Below, piece after piece: positions 36,095 to 48,547 of a stretch of 64,000 nt of DNA. Origin of the DNA: Raillietiella orientalis. Lineage: Eukaryota. The stretch is taken from contig JAYWIR010000042.1 of the NCBI GenBank assembly GCA_036172245.1, forward strand, positions 1,612,001 through 1,676,000, given 5' to 3'. Within the stretch, counting starts at the first letter, position 1. Every line of letters starts with the position of its first letter. The notes beneath the pieces are model-generated. The model was not told the DNA's origin, ran no database searches, and saw only the letters and a list, made by a program, of their open reading frames with translations. The position numbers were made by a program, and so were the translations under genes.

Positions 36095-38699
36095 CTAAAA
36101 GGGTAGATGAGATGATGGTTGCACTAGGGAAGCACACTGCCATCTAAAAGGCACAGCGTTTTACTGTGAGTTCAACAAGAATGATGAACTCACTTTGAGG
36201 ACTTGTATTTGTTTGGAATGGCTTGTTGAGGATGTGAGAATGCACCAACAAAAGATTTATGAATTAAGAGTATGCATGACTGGAGATCAGTGAGCTGATA
36301 ACCTGAGAAATCTTGCAATTTACTATCCCATGCAGGCAAATCAAGTGTATGCCTTGCTAGAGCTATTGCTGAACAACTAATGATGGAAGGGAGATGTTGA
36401 AGGAATGTCTCAACATCCAAAAGAAACAACTCTGTAAGATACTGCAAAACAACTGGTATCCTTTTGAAACATAAATTAACTTACCATAGCAAGGTGTTGT
36501 ACTCGTTGTGGCACATCACAATGATAACAGAAAAACTGTAGAAACACCAAAGCTGTAGGTGTTCCTGTATCAAAACATAATACTTTGAGAATGAGCTGCT
36601 CCATTCGGAGAAGCTGTTGCTTATTGTATGTATTGTCTGTGATGTAAGTAAACTCAGATACATCAGGTGGATAAATTTCCTCATATTTGCTACTCAGTCA
36701 TTGGTGAAAGAGCTCACAGAATACTCACGCAGCAATGAAGATGGCTGTTGTGCCTACTAGCTGTAACTTCGACCGTAGCACAGACATGTGACACAAAAAA
36801 CGGTCAATTAAAGAGACTGCTAAGTATAGTGTCTCTGCATGTAGTTCAAATTCTTCTGCCACTTCCACCAACCAATCAACAAGAATGCTACGCATCGTTG
36901 GAGTGATGTCTGATTGCCTCTTCATGTAATCAGGGTTAGGATGATACTTCTCCTGTGAATAACGAAATAACTCATGAAAAAAGACAATTCATTACTGAAA
37001 CAATGTCTTTGTGAAATGCTGATACAGGCTTTTAAAGAATTTTCGAATTCGAAAGAATTTTGAGGATAAAACTAGTACTTCTCAGTAGAAAGGGAAGTCG
37101 ATCAGTCAGATCAGTTGTGTCAGTGGTACACGCATTTTCTGCATTCACACAAAAGCAAGTGTACATACACAATATCTAGGTACACATTGCCCACATATGT
37201 AGGATGTGCAGCAAGAGATGGAATTAATCTAGATTTATCTTGTGACTGCCATTCACTAGACCAAAACCTACAGTAGCAGCTTATCTGAAAGCAGTTCAGG
37301 ACAAGAGTGCTTCATGATCCAGAACTACTATCAAAATAACTTTCGATTACCAAAACCAAGGAAACTAAAATTCTCAGTTGCAAATGTCACCCAACTTTAC
37401 TTTTTGATTTTTGAATTTGAATTCAGATTTTGAATTCAACCTCGAGTTCAACTGTCTCACTTGATAAAATTTAAGTTTTCAACAATTGTAAATTTGAAAA
37501 GTACTTACTTCCATTTGTTGCAGATGAAAATAGACATCAGCAGCATACTCATCAGACTGAGAAGTAGAACTATCAATTCTCTTAAAGCTTTGAGTAGAGT
37601 TTTGAGAAGCATCAATACACTTAACAGGCTCATCAGGCAAAACTTGAATATTTTCTTTGTTATCATCAACACATGCCATGTCCAATACTGAAGCATCTTT
37701 GAATTTTACAGGAGAACTCTGAAAACATGACATTTGGGTTTTTAAATGCTTTATCCTGTTCCCTATGTTCAACCCATTTCTCACAATATAAGATGGTCTT
37801 TATTTGAGACATGTGTAAAGAGCAATAATAAACTGTTCATAAGAATAGTACAAACATTACTGAAAGAAATTAATTATGAATTGCTGGTTAAATAGCCAAG
37901 TCTAAAGTAACTGTTTTGTTTGTTAGTGAACCTCTTAAATTCAATTATTATTGGACTTACTTCCAGTTCAGAATGTACTTCTTTCTGTACCACTGTTGCT
38001 TGTGGAATACTCTGAAATTATATAATATTAAGGAAAGCATTTTCTATTATGCCCTGACAGATTCCGAGTTCAACGAATGCAAAATAATTCTACACACATG
38101 TGAAAAGCTAATCCTACAGATGTTTTCTCAAACATAAAACTCCAAGGATTCAAAGTTTTGAATTGTTTCAAAATACCCAAACGTAAAAAAGGCAATTTGA
38201 AAAAAAATCATTCCAGTTAAAACATTCAATTATTCAGCCAGATCCAGTAGGAATCCAGTCTGAATATTAATCTATCACCATGTTTGTTGAAGTTAAAAAT
38301 ATATTAAAAATTTACCTGTAATGAAGGAGGAATGAGGGAGGAAACGTCATCTCTCTCATTTTGAGAGTCCTCGTAAACTTCAAACTTACTTTTTGCTTTT
38401 CTGAATTGTGCATTGTATCCAGCAATTTCTTGAACAGTTTTTTCAGTTTTCTTGACTTCCTGATTAAAAAAGATTTAAAAATTAATTGAAAGAAAACTTT
38501 TTCCATCAGAGTGAAGTCATAGTCAGAATTTACAATCGTTGAACCGCACAAACAAGGAATGACTTACCTTTTTAGTATTTCTAAAAGGCTGGATTCTTTT
38601 TATATTATTTGTAAGTAATCCAAGAACTTGTCTTTTGGAACCATTTTTTAGTGCTTCTTTCGGAGGAAGTTCCTGGTTTATTTTTAAAGCGTTTTCCAT
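36095..38699 (-). CDS. CycA: Cyclin A
   Basis: Exons 38699-38568, 38459-38316, 38011-37961, 37718-37509, 36952-36729, 36689-36485, 36441-36194, 36143-36095. D-box [13 protein letters not shown]-like FEVYED, KEN, cyclin box [55 protein letters not shown]. Confidence 0.95.
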
Positions 38700-39023
38700 T
38701 GCAATGAGTATTTTATCAAATGAATTGATTCACAGCATAAAACCTGCCTGAAATCAAGATTTTTATAAAGACAACAAGCAGAGCATATTCACAAACAACT
38801 GCAATTGTTAACTACTGTTATCAAATAACGATAGGCGCAATACAACCATATTGACTACATTATTCAAACTAAGATAACTACTTCAACTATGTATAGTTTT
38901 TAACCCACAATTGCCATGAGTGTCTCATTTTTCAAGATTTCAATTGTGATAGAGTGACATTGAAATTATGGAAAAAATATGTGAAACATGATACAGCTAG
39001 AAAATCAAGACTAAATCACCTAC

Positions 39024-39170
39024 TTGCAGTTTTCTGGAATTCAATTTACGTAATCAACATTTCCACATAATTTACAAAAAGCGCTGCATTTCGAACGCGG
39101 CTTAGAATCACTCAGCTGATATATTTATTTAACGCGCTTCATGACGTATTCCGAGAACAGCCAATAGTAA
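39024..39170 (-). promoter_or_regulatory. Putative Cyclin A promoter and non-coding first exon
   Basis: AGCCAATAG (NF-Y box, core 39161-39165), CRE-like TGACGTA (39142-39148), CHR-like TTCGAA next to CGCGG (39090-39100); donor GTAGGT at 39023; acceptor near 38748. Confidence 0.5.
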
Positions 39171-42100
39171 GGCAACTACAAGATTCAAAGATAAAGGATA
39201 GCAATACGGCTTAGATATACACGTTCTTATCAAACAATCTTTTAGAAATACTTGCAATACAAATCATGCAGCGTCTCATTCTTTCATGAATTTAATGCCT
39301 ACATAAACCAAGCTAGTTCTGCAACAAGTGCGTACACATAACCAACAATCAATCGAATTTGCAATGCACTTTCAATGATCCAATGGTCGTAGTACTTATG
39401 CAGAGTCCGGACAAAATTCAAACAATGACTGAATGCAGTAATTGCTCGATATGAATATTAGTAGCTGTATTTAGTAAAAGTTCGGAATAAATGGAGGCAT
39501 AAATCGAAAGCGATTGTCTCTGAGATGTTTTCAAGCCAAAAGTTTACTGAAAGTGGTACTATAAGCAGTCCATGATGCAGTGGCAATTCTACTGCCCATT
39601 TACGAAGAGCATTCCACTTCTCCGGAGCCACGGCAAATGAATATGAGGGGGATAGGGATTTAACGAACCAACGGCTATTGACTAATTTTCGAAGCACACA
39701 GAAGATGACTTGCATGCCAGCTATCCTTAAAGACGCCGCGATATCCAAACGTTGAGACCCAGCAGCCACGGACACAAAACCTCGAAGAGTTGTACGAAGT
39801 TCTATGTTGAACGGGGACTCCCGTAAAAACGACGAAGAGCAAAATAAGGAGAAGCACGCAAGCTCGGCATACAAAAATGAACAAAAAACCCTTCAGTAGA
39901 AAAAAAAAAAGAAAAAAAGAGAAAAAAAAAAGCATTCTGATTTCAACAATGAACACCAGCGAAAACATTCACGATCGTGCATTGCGGCTATTGCAACACG
40001 ATCGGTGCTCCCTCACGACGAATTGTCCCCAGGAATGGGGGGGCTGCCGAGCACAATGGCACACCTCGAAGTTCAGGTCGCCGGTCAATCGTGGAAGTCG
40101 ACGCTACCGGACTCCTCGGTCAACACCGAAGTCATCGGACTCGGCAGGGAAAACCCCAGTGGACCAAACTGTGCTTCCACTGCTGTTACATCTCTGTTTG
40201 CATAACGAAAGCACCTTGACAATTAGTAATAGGAATAACACCAGTGAAAAAAAAAAAAAAAAAAAGCTCCACGAAATCTTCTTTATTACGAGTCAGGGCT
40301 TCTTCCCAACATAAGTTCATTTTAAATACTTTGAGAGAATGAGGATTTCAATCCCTACCTCCAGTGGCACAAAGGATGCTCGTATGTTGAGTTTTTCCCA
40401 CTTCACGATGCTCAGCGAGTCGAGAGTTCTCTGCTATCTATCTTCATGGCAGAAGGATGGCTCATTGCAACATCATTTCCCGATTAGCAGTATTGCTTCT
40501 GCTAGTTAATTGCAAGCAAAAGAGCGAGAGGGCGTTAACAAGCTTTTGAATTGGAAACTTCTTCCATCTTCTGCCTCTGCCTGTTCGCTTCTTCCAATCA
40601 CGAAAGAACGGTTTTCTGGTACGCTCATCTTTCAAGAGGCTTGTTCCATATCTCAGTATTAGCAAAGGGTGCTTCACTTCAAGTGCACAGTATCAGCATC
40701 ACATCCTGAACACTCAGAAGTGCCGATTATGAGCTGACTGCAGATCTCTGCTGGACGTTTTCGTGGTTGATCAGTGCAAAGAACTCTGACGAGCCCGTTG
40801 TTGGTGGCATGCCATCTTCTGCAAGGTTCTAATTGGCTTGACATCCCAAGGTTTCTTTAGTTTATTATTTCACTGCTTCTATAGCTTTTTTCTTTTTTTT
40901 TTCTTTTCTTCACATTGCTGATCTCAGCTGACATTTGGAATCAATCACCTTTGCAAGTTTTGGCTTTCGCTTCTCACTTGCTATGTTTTTGTTTTTCTTT
41001 TTTTCCAGATTTCGTCCTTGGCATTGGAACAGCCTTTCTCGGAGAGGGAGCTGAAGACGGCGAAAGAGCAGGAAACGCATCAGAAGGAGAAGAAGGAAAG
41101 AAGAAGAAGAAAAAAAAAAACCCCGCATGGGAAAAATGGCTTTCAGAAGGGATACCGCACGTGATTTTCAGAATTCGCTGTCTCTTCTGGACAGGAAACA
41201 GCAAAACTTATTTTGATTTTGTACGAGCGTTTTATAACTTGGTGAGGGCAAATGTGAAAGGGAACTTTCAGACATGCGAGTTCGAGAGCCTCATTTTAAT
41301 AAACTTGGATTTGGGCCTTTTGACCGCATTTGCTGAATTTTTGCCGGATCTGAAGCAACCTGTCTGGAGAACCGAAGTCTCGGTGAGCTGCGTTTAGGCC
41401 GATTCTTCTGCTCTTTCATCGACACAACGCCACTGGAACTAACTTGACTTGACTTTTCTGCACTGGATTGGAAATTACGAGCTCTGTAGTGAGCGATAGT
41501 GCGAACTCTGTAAAAGAGGACCACGTCTGACGGCATCATCATACATTTCGATAACACATGTCACTATCATGTATGTGTGAGTTTATGAACTTTTCCGGTG
41601 ACTGCGGCAGAGGCTGAATTTTTCGGGACGAGAGCGGTGTCCACGGAATCCCGAAACCGGGACTGGTTTTCATCCAGACGATGGGTGATGAGAGGGAAAG
41701 AAGACCCGAGTCGAGCCGATCTCCTTACCGGTTTCCCGCATGAGTGTTTCCAGCATTGCGTTTGGTTCGCCGGCGTCAAATTAACTTCTGTGGCGTACAC
41801 CTCTTTGCCTCAGGCTGGTCCACGCAACCCACATCCATAATCTCGGATAATTCCCCAAACCCACTGACGAGTTAGGAAGTAAGTAAACAGTTGATTCCTT
41901 TCCTCCACTTTACGGAGAGCACGGTGGGTTCACGTCATCCGGCACATCCATTTTTCCCAACGTTTCCATTCCGGAGAGAGTTTCCAGAACTTCTTTCTTG
42001 CACGGCACGTCAAGGAATGCTTCTCACCTAAGGAAACAGCCATAGCAAGCACAGTAGGCGTTTTCTGAAAATCTGTGTAAATACATCGTACCACAGAGTG

Positions 42101-43760
42101 GATCACTCATGAGACACTGCATGACAATGGCTGCCCCACACAAAATTTGCATTTTGTGTGAGTCTACGGACTGCTGTCTAGCGGGCAACGGAAGGATTCA
42201 TCTGATCTGTGGGAAACTTCGGCCGGATGGTTGGCGGCGGCATCACGAAATCGCGATTTGCTTCGTTTTGCTTCGTCGAAAATCAGCATTCGCATTTGTG
42301 AATGCCATTTTCCCTCTGCACCACCGTGCTGTTGGCAAGCGGTTGGGAACCCTTTGTTCCGATAAAGCGTTCCTCCTGCGTGCGCCTCCCAAAAGGCTAT
42401 GCGGGCCGTGTTCTGATGGTGCTGCTGCGAAGAGTAGATTCCTCACCCGATCTAAAAGAAAGGAAAAAAAAAAAAAAAAAAACTGCCATGGGCGAAATAC
42501 GGTTTTTGTGGACGCAAGGGCACGCAGTGTGGTTTCGTGGTTGCCGACTACTGCAAGACCATGTGCAGCTGAAATTCTGGATCGGTGGCAGATAAAAGCG
42601 AAAGTTTACTCCAGAATTCCAAAAAAAGAAAGATTTTCTTTTTTTGTTTTTCTTTCCGACGTTCGGGAATCGGGTACCGTGTGAAAAAAAAGTCTGTTCT
42701 TTCCCTGGCGAGATGCCTTACAATCGGTTTTGCACTTTTTGTTTACCCCACGCAGATTTCGCGTCTCGCGCCATCGTAGGAAGTCGCTTACGTCACGGGT
42801 GACGTATCTCCATTCAGTTGACCGGCGAGCTCGGAGGGATGGAATCGACATGGTTGGTGCTACGGCATTAATCAGGCCCGGGGATCAGCAGGCTAGGAGG
42901 AGCCCCGCTGAAAGTTTCCAGAGACAAACGAGGAGGAACCACCACAGATTTGAGCCACGAATTGCGATGCCGTCCTCGGCTCCGGAGCAGCACCGACGTT
43001 TTTCCGTGTACGCGATGGGTTTCCCGGCAACGCTCGCGTCTTGCACGCAATTTTTTTCTTATTTTTTTTTTTTTTATCTCGCATCGCTTCAATTGGGCTC
43101 GCGTACTCTTTCGCCTTCGACGCTGAATCTGATTGGTGATTCACGTGTTTGTTTCAAAAGCCAGTCCTGATTGGTCAGTTTAAATTTCTCTGCAGGCCAT
43201 CCAGAAAATTTTTCGAGATTCTTGCAGCCTCCTCCTCCTCCCCCCCCCCCTGAAGAGGAATTTTCAACTTGAAGTACTGCAATGTGAAGGAAGCAGGTTC
43301 TACTAGGCACATACATCGAAGTACAAGGAATACTGGAAAGCGATAGTAATTACTAGCGATGAATGTTGTCAGTGGATCTTCTAAACTGTAGTACTACGCT
43401 AGGTCGCACTACTTTACGAGGAAAGGTATTTCCAGTAGTGCATATGTACATTAGTACAAGCAAACGAATGATCGAACTCGAGGCAAAAAGTTAGGAGCCA
43501 ATTGTAAACACGAATGCACACAAAACATGGGCTCTCGAATCGAAAAAAGATTGGATTTCGAGAGAGCGGATTCCACGTCAAGAATTCCCTTATGGTTAGC
43601 TTTTTAGATGTGTTTGCTATTCTTCTTTCTTTCGTGTGTATGTGTTGGTTCGTGAACGACAACAACAAAAAATCAGTGATTTGCCCTACAGTGGCTCGTT
43701 TGAAAACAAGGTGCGGCAAATTTCGGTACTTTTTGAAAAGTTCGTCCATTCTTGAGGCTC

Positions 43761-43794
43761 CACTTTGATCTTAGCCAAAAGGCCGAGAAGAGAT
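43761..43794 (-). pseudogene. U2: 3'-truncated U2 snRNA retrocopy (first 34 nt)
   Basis: Minus strand ATCTCTTCTCGGCCTTTTGGCTAAGATCAAAGTG equals the U2 5' end with one mismatch; flanked by a 13-bp direct repeat attcttgaggctc / attcctaaggctc. Confidence 0.9.
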
Positions 43795-45162
43795 ATTCCT
43801 AAGGCTCAACAGTCGCAATTTGGAGATAAAAAAAAAAAAAAAAAAAAAAAAAATCGCACGTTTGGTGGTTTAAATACATAATTACTCATCTCGAAAGTAA
43901 ATACCGAATGTTCAAAAAGTATGTATTTCCGCACCGCCTCCTATCTATGTGTAGCCCTGGCAAGGAGAAAAACACCGATATAAGAAAATCGTTACCGACT
44001 TTTGAGCATCGGATCGTCTTTCTGATTGTAAGTGGTTCGGTTCGACGTATGGCTTACATTTGTATCAACAGAGTGCTCGAATTGCCTTCATCACGAGGCA
44101 TATTTGGTCACAAGGAAGAGAAAAAGAAAAAAAAAAAAGATGGAATCCTATATGAATAAAACGTGAAACACAGAGTTTGTCCGAGGACGCCTGCGTGGAG
44201 TACTGCAACATCCATCACTGCGTAGCAGCCTGTGGTATCCGGTGATTTTTTTTGCTTCGACGTTTACCAAAAGAAATCTGCATCGTGTAACCTGCTTTAA
44301 AGCACTAATTTACCCCAAGTATTGAATATCACGTGGTGGGCTACCGCAATTAAACTGAAGATGCCAAAACATAGAGGCACGAACTATCGGTAGTGTGCCC
44401 AAGTTCCTTTCGTTAGAATCGCCCCACGATTATGACAAAGTGCACTTCCTTTCGTCTGGCATAACCATTAATTTCGTTAGTAGCAATGCGTGCACGTTAT
44501 CTCCATATTAGTCTCCTAGTAGTCTAACAGCAGCGTTTCCTCTGTGTTTTCTGGGTGCACAAAGGGTATCCACGAAGGATTTGAAATTCCTGTAGAGTTT
44601 TATATCTGCCTTTCACCGGGAAGAGTTTTCCAGCCTTCATGCATGCTCTCCATTACATATCATTTTCCATTTGTTTTTAGGCAGCACTTTCGTCTTATGT
44701 AGTTGGCAAGTATCACCGGACGCTCCATTCGTTTGCTTTTATTTCCCTGACCGAAGATGCAGACGTCCATTTTCTCTTGGAGACGAACATTCCTGCTTCC
44801 ATGATTCCCACACTCGCGTCTTTCTCATACATGATGTTTTCGTTTTCCTTTCCATTTACCTTCTTAGTCCTAAAGACGGGTCCACTGAAGCACTTCCCGA
44901 TTCTGCCATCCTGTTTTCACCCTTGCTTTACGCTTCACCCCAAGCCCCGCACGACCCCCTCCATTTTCCACTCCCGATTGCTCCTCAATGATTTATCACT
45001 CCGAACAGAAAATTTGTGGATACTTCCAACTGAACTCTGAAACTGTTGTGTTTCGAAAACTAGAAAGAAGGTGTTCCCAAAACTGCTGTTCCCCGAGTTG
45101 TGGTTCGACTTGATCTACCTTGATTTTTGAAATTTCATAGAGGCAATCTTGAAGCATGGATA

Positions 45163-45462
45163 ATTGGCCTTCTAGGATTCACAGTATGAGCCCACCACGT
45201 ATCTACAGTAGGACGAGCCTATTTCACCTCAGCTACCATAATCATTGCCATTCCAACAGGAATTAAAATCTTCAGATGACTAGGAACCTTATCAGGATCA
45301 ACACTATCGCACACCATTCCACTATTTTGAATCTTGGGTTTCCCCTTCCTACTTACTATCGGAGGACTAACTGGTGTTGCCCTAGCTAACTCGTCCATCG
45401 ACACCTCCCTCCATGGCACATGTTTTGTCGTGGCCCACTTCCACTATGTTCTACCTATAGGG
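45163..45462 (+). pseudogene. COX1: Nuclear mitochondrial insertion (NUMT) of cox1
   Basis: With the invertebrate mitochondrial code (TGA=W, AGA=S, ATA=M): [40 protein letters not shown]...[33 protein letters not shown] 15-nt deletion removes MDVDT and conserved residues are substituted. Confidence 0.95.
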
Positions 45463-45469
45463 TATGGAA

Positions 45470-45878
45470 CCTCACCGTACAAGTCGGTCTGTTTGCACTT
45501 CACACAATACCTACGATTCCTCATCGAAGTTTTCCATCGATGGGTCAGCTGCGTTATTCTGCCAACGAGAGGAGTTATTTGTTTTTGTTAAGGAGATTGG
45601 ATCCCACCTTCAAACGGCCAGGCTCCATTTGCTGGTGAAGAAACTGTCCACCACCAAAATCGAAGGTGGAGCAAGCCATCATACGAAAGGTTGCAGAGGT
45701 GATACGTTTTCTTTCCCTCTTTCATTTGCCCGGGTTTTGCTTTCGTTCATGTTCGGTAACAGCACGTTTAGTAAAACGGGGAGGCTTATCTTGAAACCCC
45801 TTGGCAAATAATTGCAAACTGGAAGAATCGTTTTCGAATCCACTTCTGGTGACATGAGATTACGGAATGAAAAAGCGA

Positions 45879-45910
<32 letters not shown>

Positions 45911-46600
45911 CAGGAGATGCACTCGTTTCTCGCAACATCCATACTTGTACCACATCTCGTGGAACTCTTGCTCATTGTGTAAAGGACGGGGCATCTTGAT
46001 TTCTCCAGCTTTCCAGTTCTGCATTCTTTCATTATAAATCGTGCCCTGACAGATTCTAAGCGTGGTCCCACGTTATTTGTGCTCTGCATTTGAATTCTTG
46101 AAATTCTGATGGAAGCAGTCGCCTCTGGAATTGCTTCTTTCGATTTCTTTAGAGGAAAGGAGCACACGAAAATTCTCAAGTGATGAGCACACATTGCAGG
46201 GCGCATTTTCCCGAAACTTCAGGAGTTATTTCAGATGACGATGTGCGTTTGCAACACGGCCAAGTACGTTGGCAATGATGTTGACATCTGTACAAATAGG
46301 CTTCGCTCCTTTCTGCGTAGTTCTGAGTCTGTTTCCTTCTTTCACAGTATATTCGGTCGTGTTGCTTCTTGCAAACTGCACGCACGTTTCTTCCCCTTCC
46401 TTACTCATGGCGCTCAGTTTCGGCTCTTTTCCTCATCGACTCGTCCTGCCTGAAAAGAAGAAGCACTCGACCGCTCTCCTCGAGCGCTGCAGGCACGGAC
46501 AGCTGAACCCCCAATGCACCCCACTTTGTATTGGAAGGGGTGACGGAGAATACGCGGATTGTATAAAGCACAGTCTCTTGCTTTATTGTACAATGTCCTC
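45470..46600 (-). mobile_element. Decayed BEL/Pao-like LTR retrotransposon fragments
   Basis: In order on the minus strand: gag-like knuckle RAVCKKQHDRIYC (about 46380), RT-like NNVGPRL..RF..LEK (about 46080-46000), WW..WP-like segment (about 45660-45615). Many frameshifts. Confidence 0.4.
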
Positions 46601-47199
46601 ATGAAACGCCTGCCGAGTGGACGCTCGAGCCATCTTTCTCGGAGAACTCAGCAGAGATAGATCCATCGCTTTTCGGATACAGAATCCAAGAGAGCTTTAG
46701 ACATGGAAGGGTTTCCTTCCAGGATGCGATTCATCAGAGGGGAAGTCAATTTTCAAAATATGCATAGCTCACCATCAATTCTTTGCAAATACCCACTTAA
46801 GAGGAACGAAAACCACCTTCGTCGGCTTCACTTGACAGATGTTACGAAAGTTTTTATTTAATATAGTTTTCATCCAAAACCATTGAATCACTATGAGAGT
46901 AAGAATGAATCGCGGAAGAGTGAAATGCATGCAGAAGCAGAAATCTTTGTTTTTCTGATGAAAACGGCTTTTGGTTTCATTTTGGGATTTTCTTTCCACG
47001 AAAGTCGGTCGGGGAACTCGGACTCTCGGGAAATAATGAAACTTTCAGTTCGATTTCTGGCAAAGAGGGGAACGATGCGAATCAGCAACAGTTTCCCGTG
47101 TTCCAATTTCGTGTCGTCGCATTTCATCTTTTTGGACGGATGGGCCCAACCGCCGTTGGGCTGGTCATGGGGGGTCGCTCCACGCGTGAGACTTCTTCC

Positions 47200-47395
47200 G
47201 CAAGAGCAGGGCCCGAGAGACGAGGTTCGTCTTCTCCGAAAGATTCCAAGTTTCGTGTGGCCACTCGGAATTTCGCATGGATGGTGAGAGTGGAAGAAGA
47301 ACTCATCGCTCACGCACAGCCCCCGCTTGACAAGAAGTGCTTTGAAAACACGCGGACGCCGTTTCACTGTTTTCGCAGCAGACCAAAGTGAACAC
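47200..47395 (+). mobile_element. L1/Tx1-like ORF1 fragment
   Basis: VRLLRKIPSFVWPLG...AQPPLDKKC resembles the ORF1 RRM end plus knuckle; frameshifted. Confidence 0.3.
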
Positions 47396-48547
47396 TTTGA
47401 GGACTCCGTCGTCTCTCCCATTCCCATTCAGATTGGATTCTTTCCTCAGCTCCGGTAGTCCTTTCCAGGAGGTTGCTGGCTCCCCACGCTGCCTTCTTCG
47501 GGCCGGGATCGCGGGTCGAGACGCTTGCGCAGTGCCCCTGCGCCTTGCTGCGTGCGGTTACGTGAAAAGAGTTTGCTGAACCCGGAAGCTTGAATGGATG
47601 TAGCTTGCGGGCGTAAACACGACATTCGAGCACCAAGACTTCGGTTCTTATCGTTCAGGAATTTTCACAATCGTATTCTAACAAAATTACCGACTTCCTT
47701 CTGCGGCGAAATTCGCTTTCTGCGATGATCATCGGAATTTTCAGGCTGGTTTAAACGAATCCTCGTCTCGGTAGAGGAAAATGCATCGGAATGGGTACAC
47801 TCACGACGCGGGACACGGATTCCCAATAGTCCCCCACAGCACACTGCAGTTTGCATTCCTTGCATTTCTCATTTTCAGAATCGAGATGCTGCTTTTCATT
47901 CAAAGAGTTCATGTGGGTACCGTAATAAGCATTTTTCACAAAAAGTATTTGGTTAACGTGTTTTCACTATACTTGTTCAGTCTTTGCAAGAATGCCAATT
48001 CATTTGCTCGGGAAGGGAGTCGCTCGCGAGGAAACCGTGGGAAGTCGAATCGCACGCGGAGAGGCGTACGGTACGTGTACATTCCGAAAATTGGAGGGAA
48101 TCAAAATCAGCTCACAAGGAGATTTATTTATTAAGTCCACTTTTTTGATTGCATGACTATGATTCGCATTTCTTTTTCTGTTGGCACCCAAAATGTCTTT
48201 CCGATGAACCGTGGGGTCACAATGCAGTGTGAAATTACATCGGGTTCAAACAATTGTATCTGTCTGATATCGTTTCGAGTTACAAAGTAATCACATGATT
48301 TCTTGGAATTTTCTGTCATCAGAAATGGTGTCAGTGAAGAGCAATAATCAAATGTCTAGTACTGAACATCAAAGCAAACAGTTGCAGAAAAGCCAGCACA
48401 GTCCTCGATAAGGGCAATACGAAATTGTCTCTTAACTTCCTTCTGATTGATTTATTTACATTTTTGGCTATTCTGATGGAATCTTCTAGTGTTGTCCATC
48501 CATTCAACAGACATCAGTTCAAAAATAAATTAATAATAAAATGTAAC

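Noticed and set aside
39960..40200. Retroviral-type protease remnant (VQVAGQSWKSTLPDSS)
   Set aside because: Catalytic D(S/T)G motif is imperfect and there is no supporting context.
43414..43794. U2-targeting retroelement (Utopia/Keno) junction
   Set aside because: The U2 fragment is bracketed by a 13-bp direct repeat and no retroelement ORF follows; a simple retrocopy fits better.
45334..45591. Functional cox1 or mitochondrial contig
   Set aside because: Short fragment with a deletion and substitutions at conserved residues, flanked by nuclear repeat DNA.
39400..48300. Numerous 60-190 aa ORFs with Lys/Phe runs
   Set aside because: They arise from poly-A/T tracts and GC-richer decayed repeats; overlapping on both strands with no domain signal.
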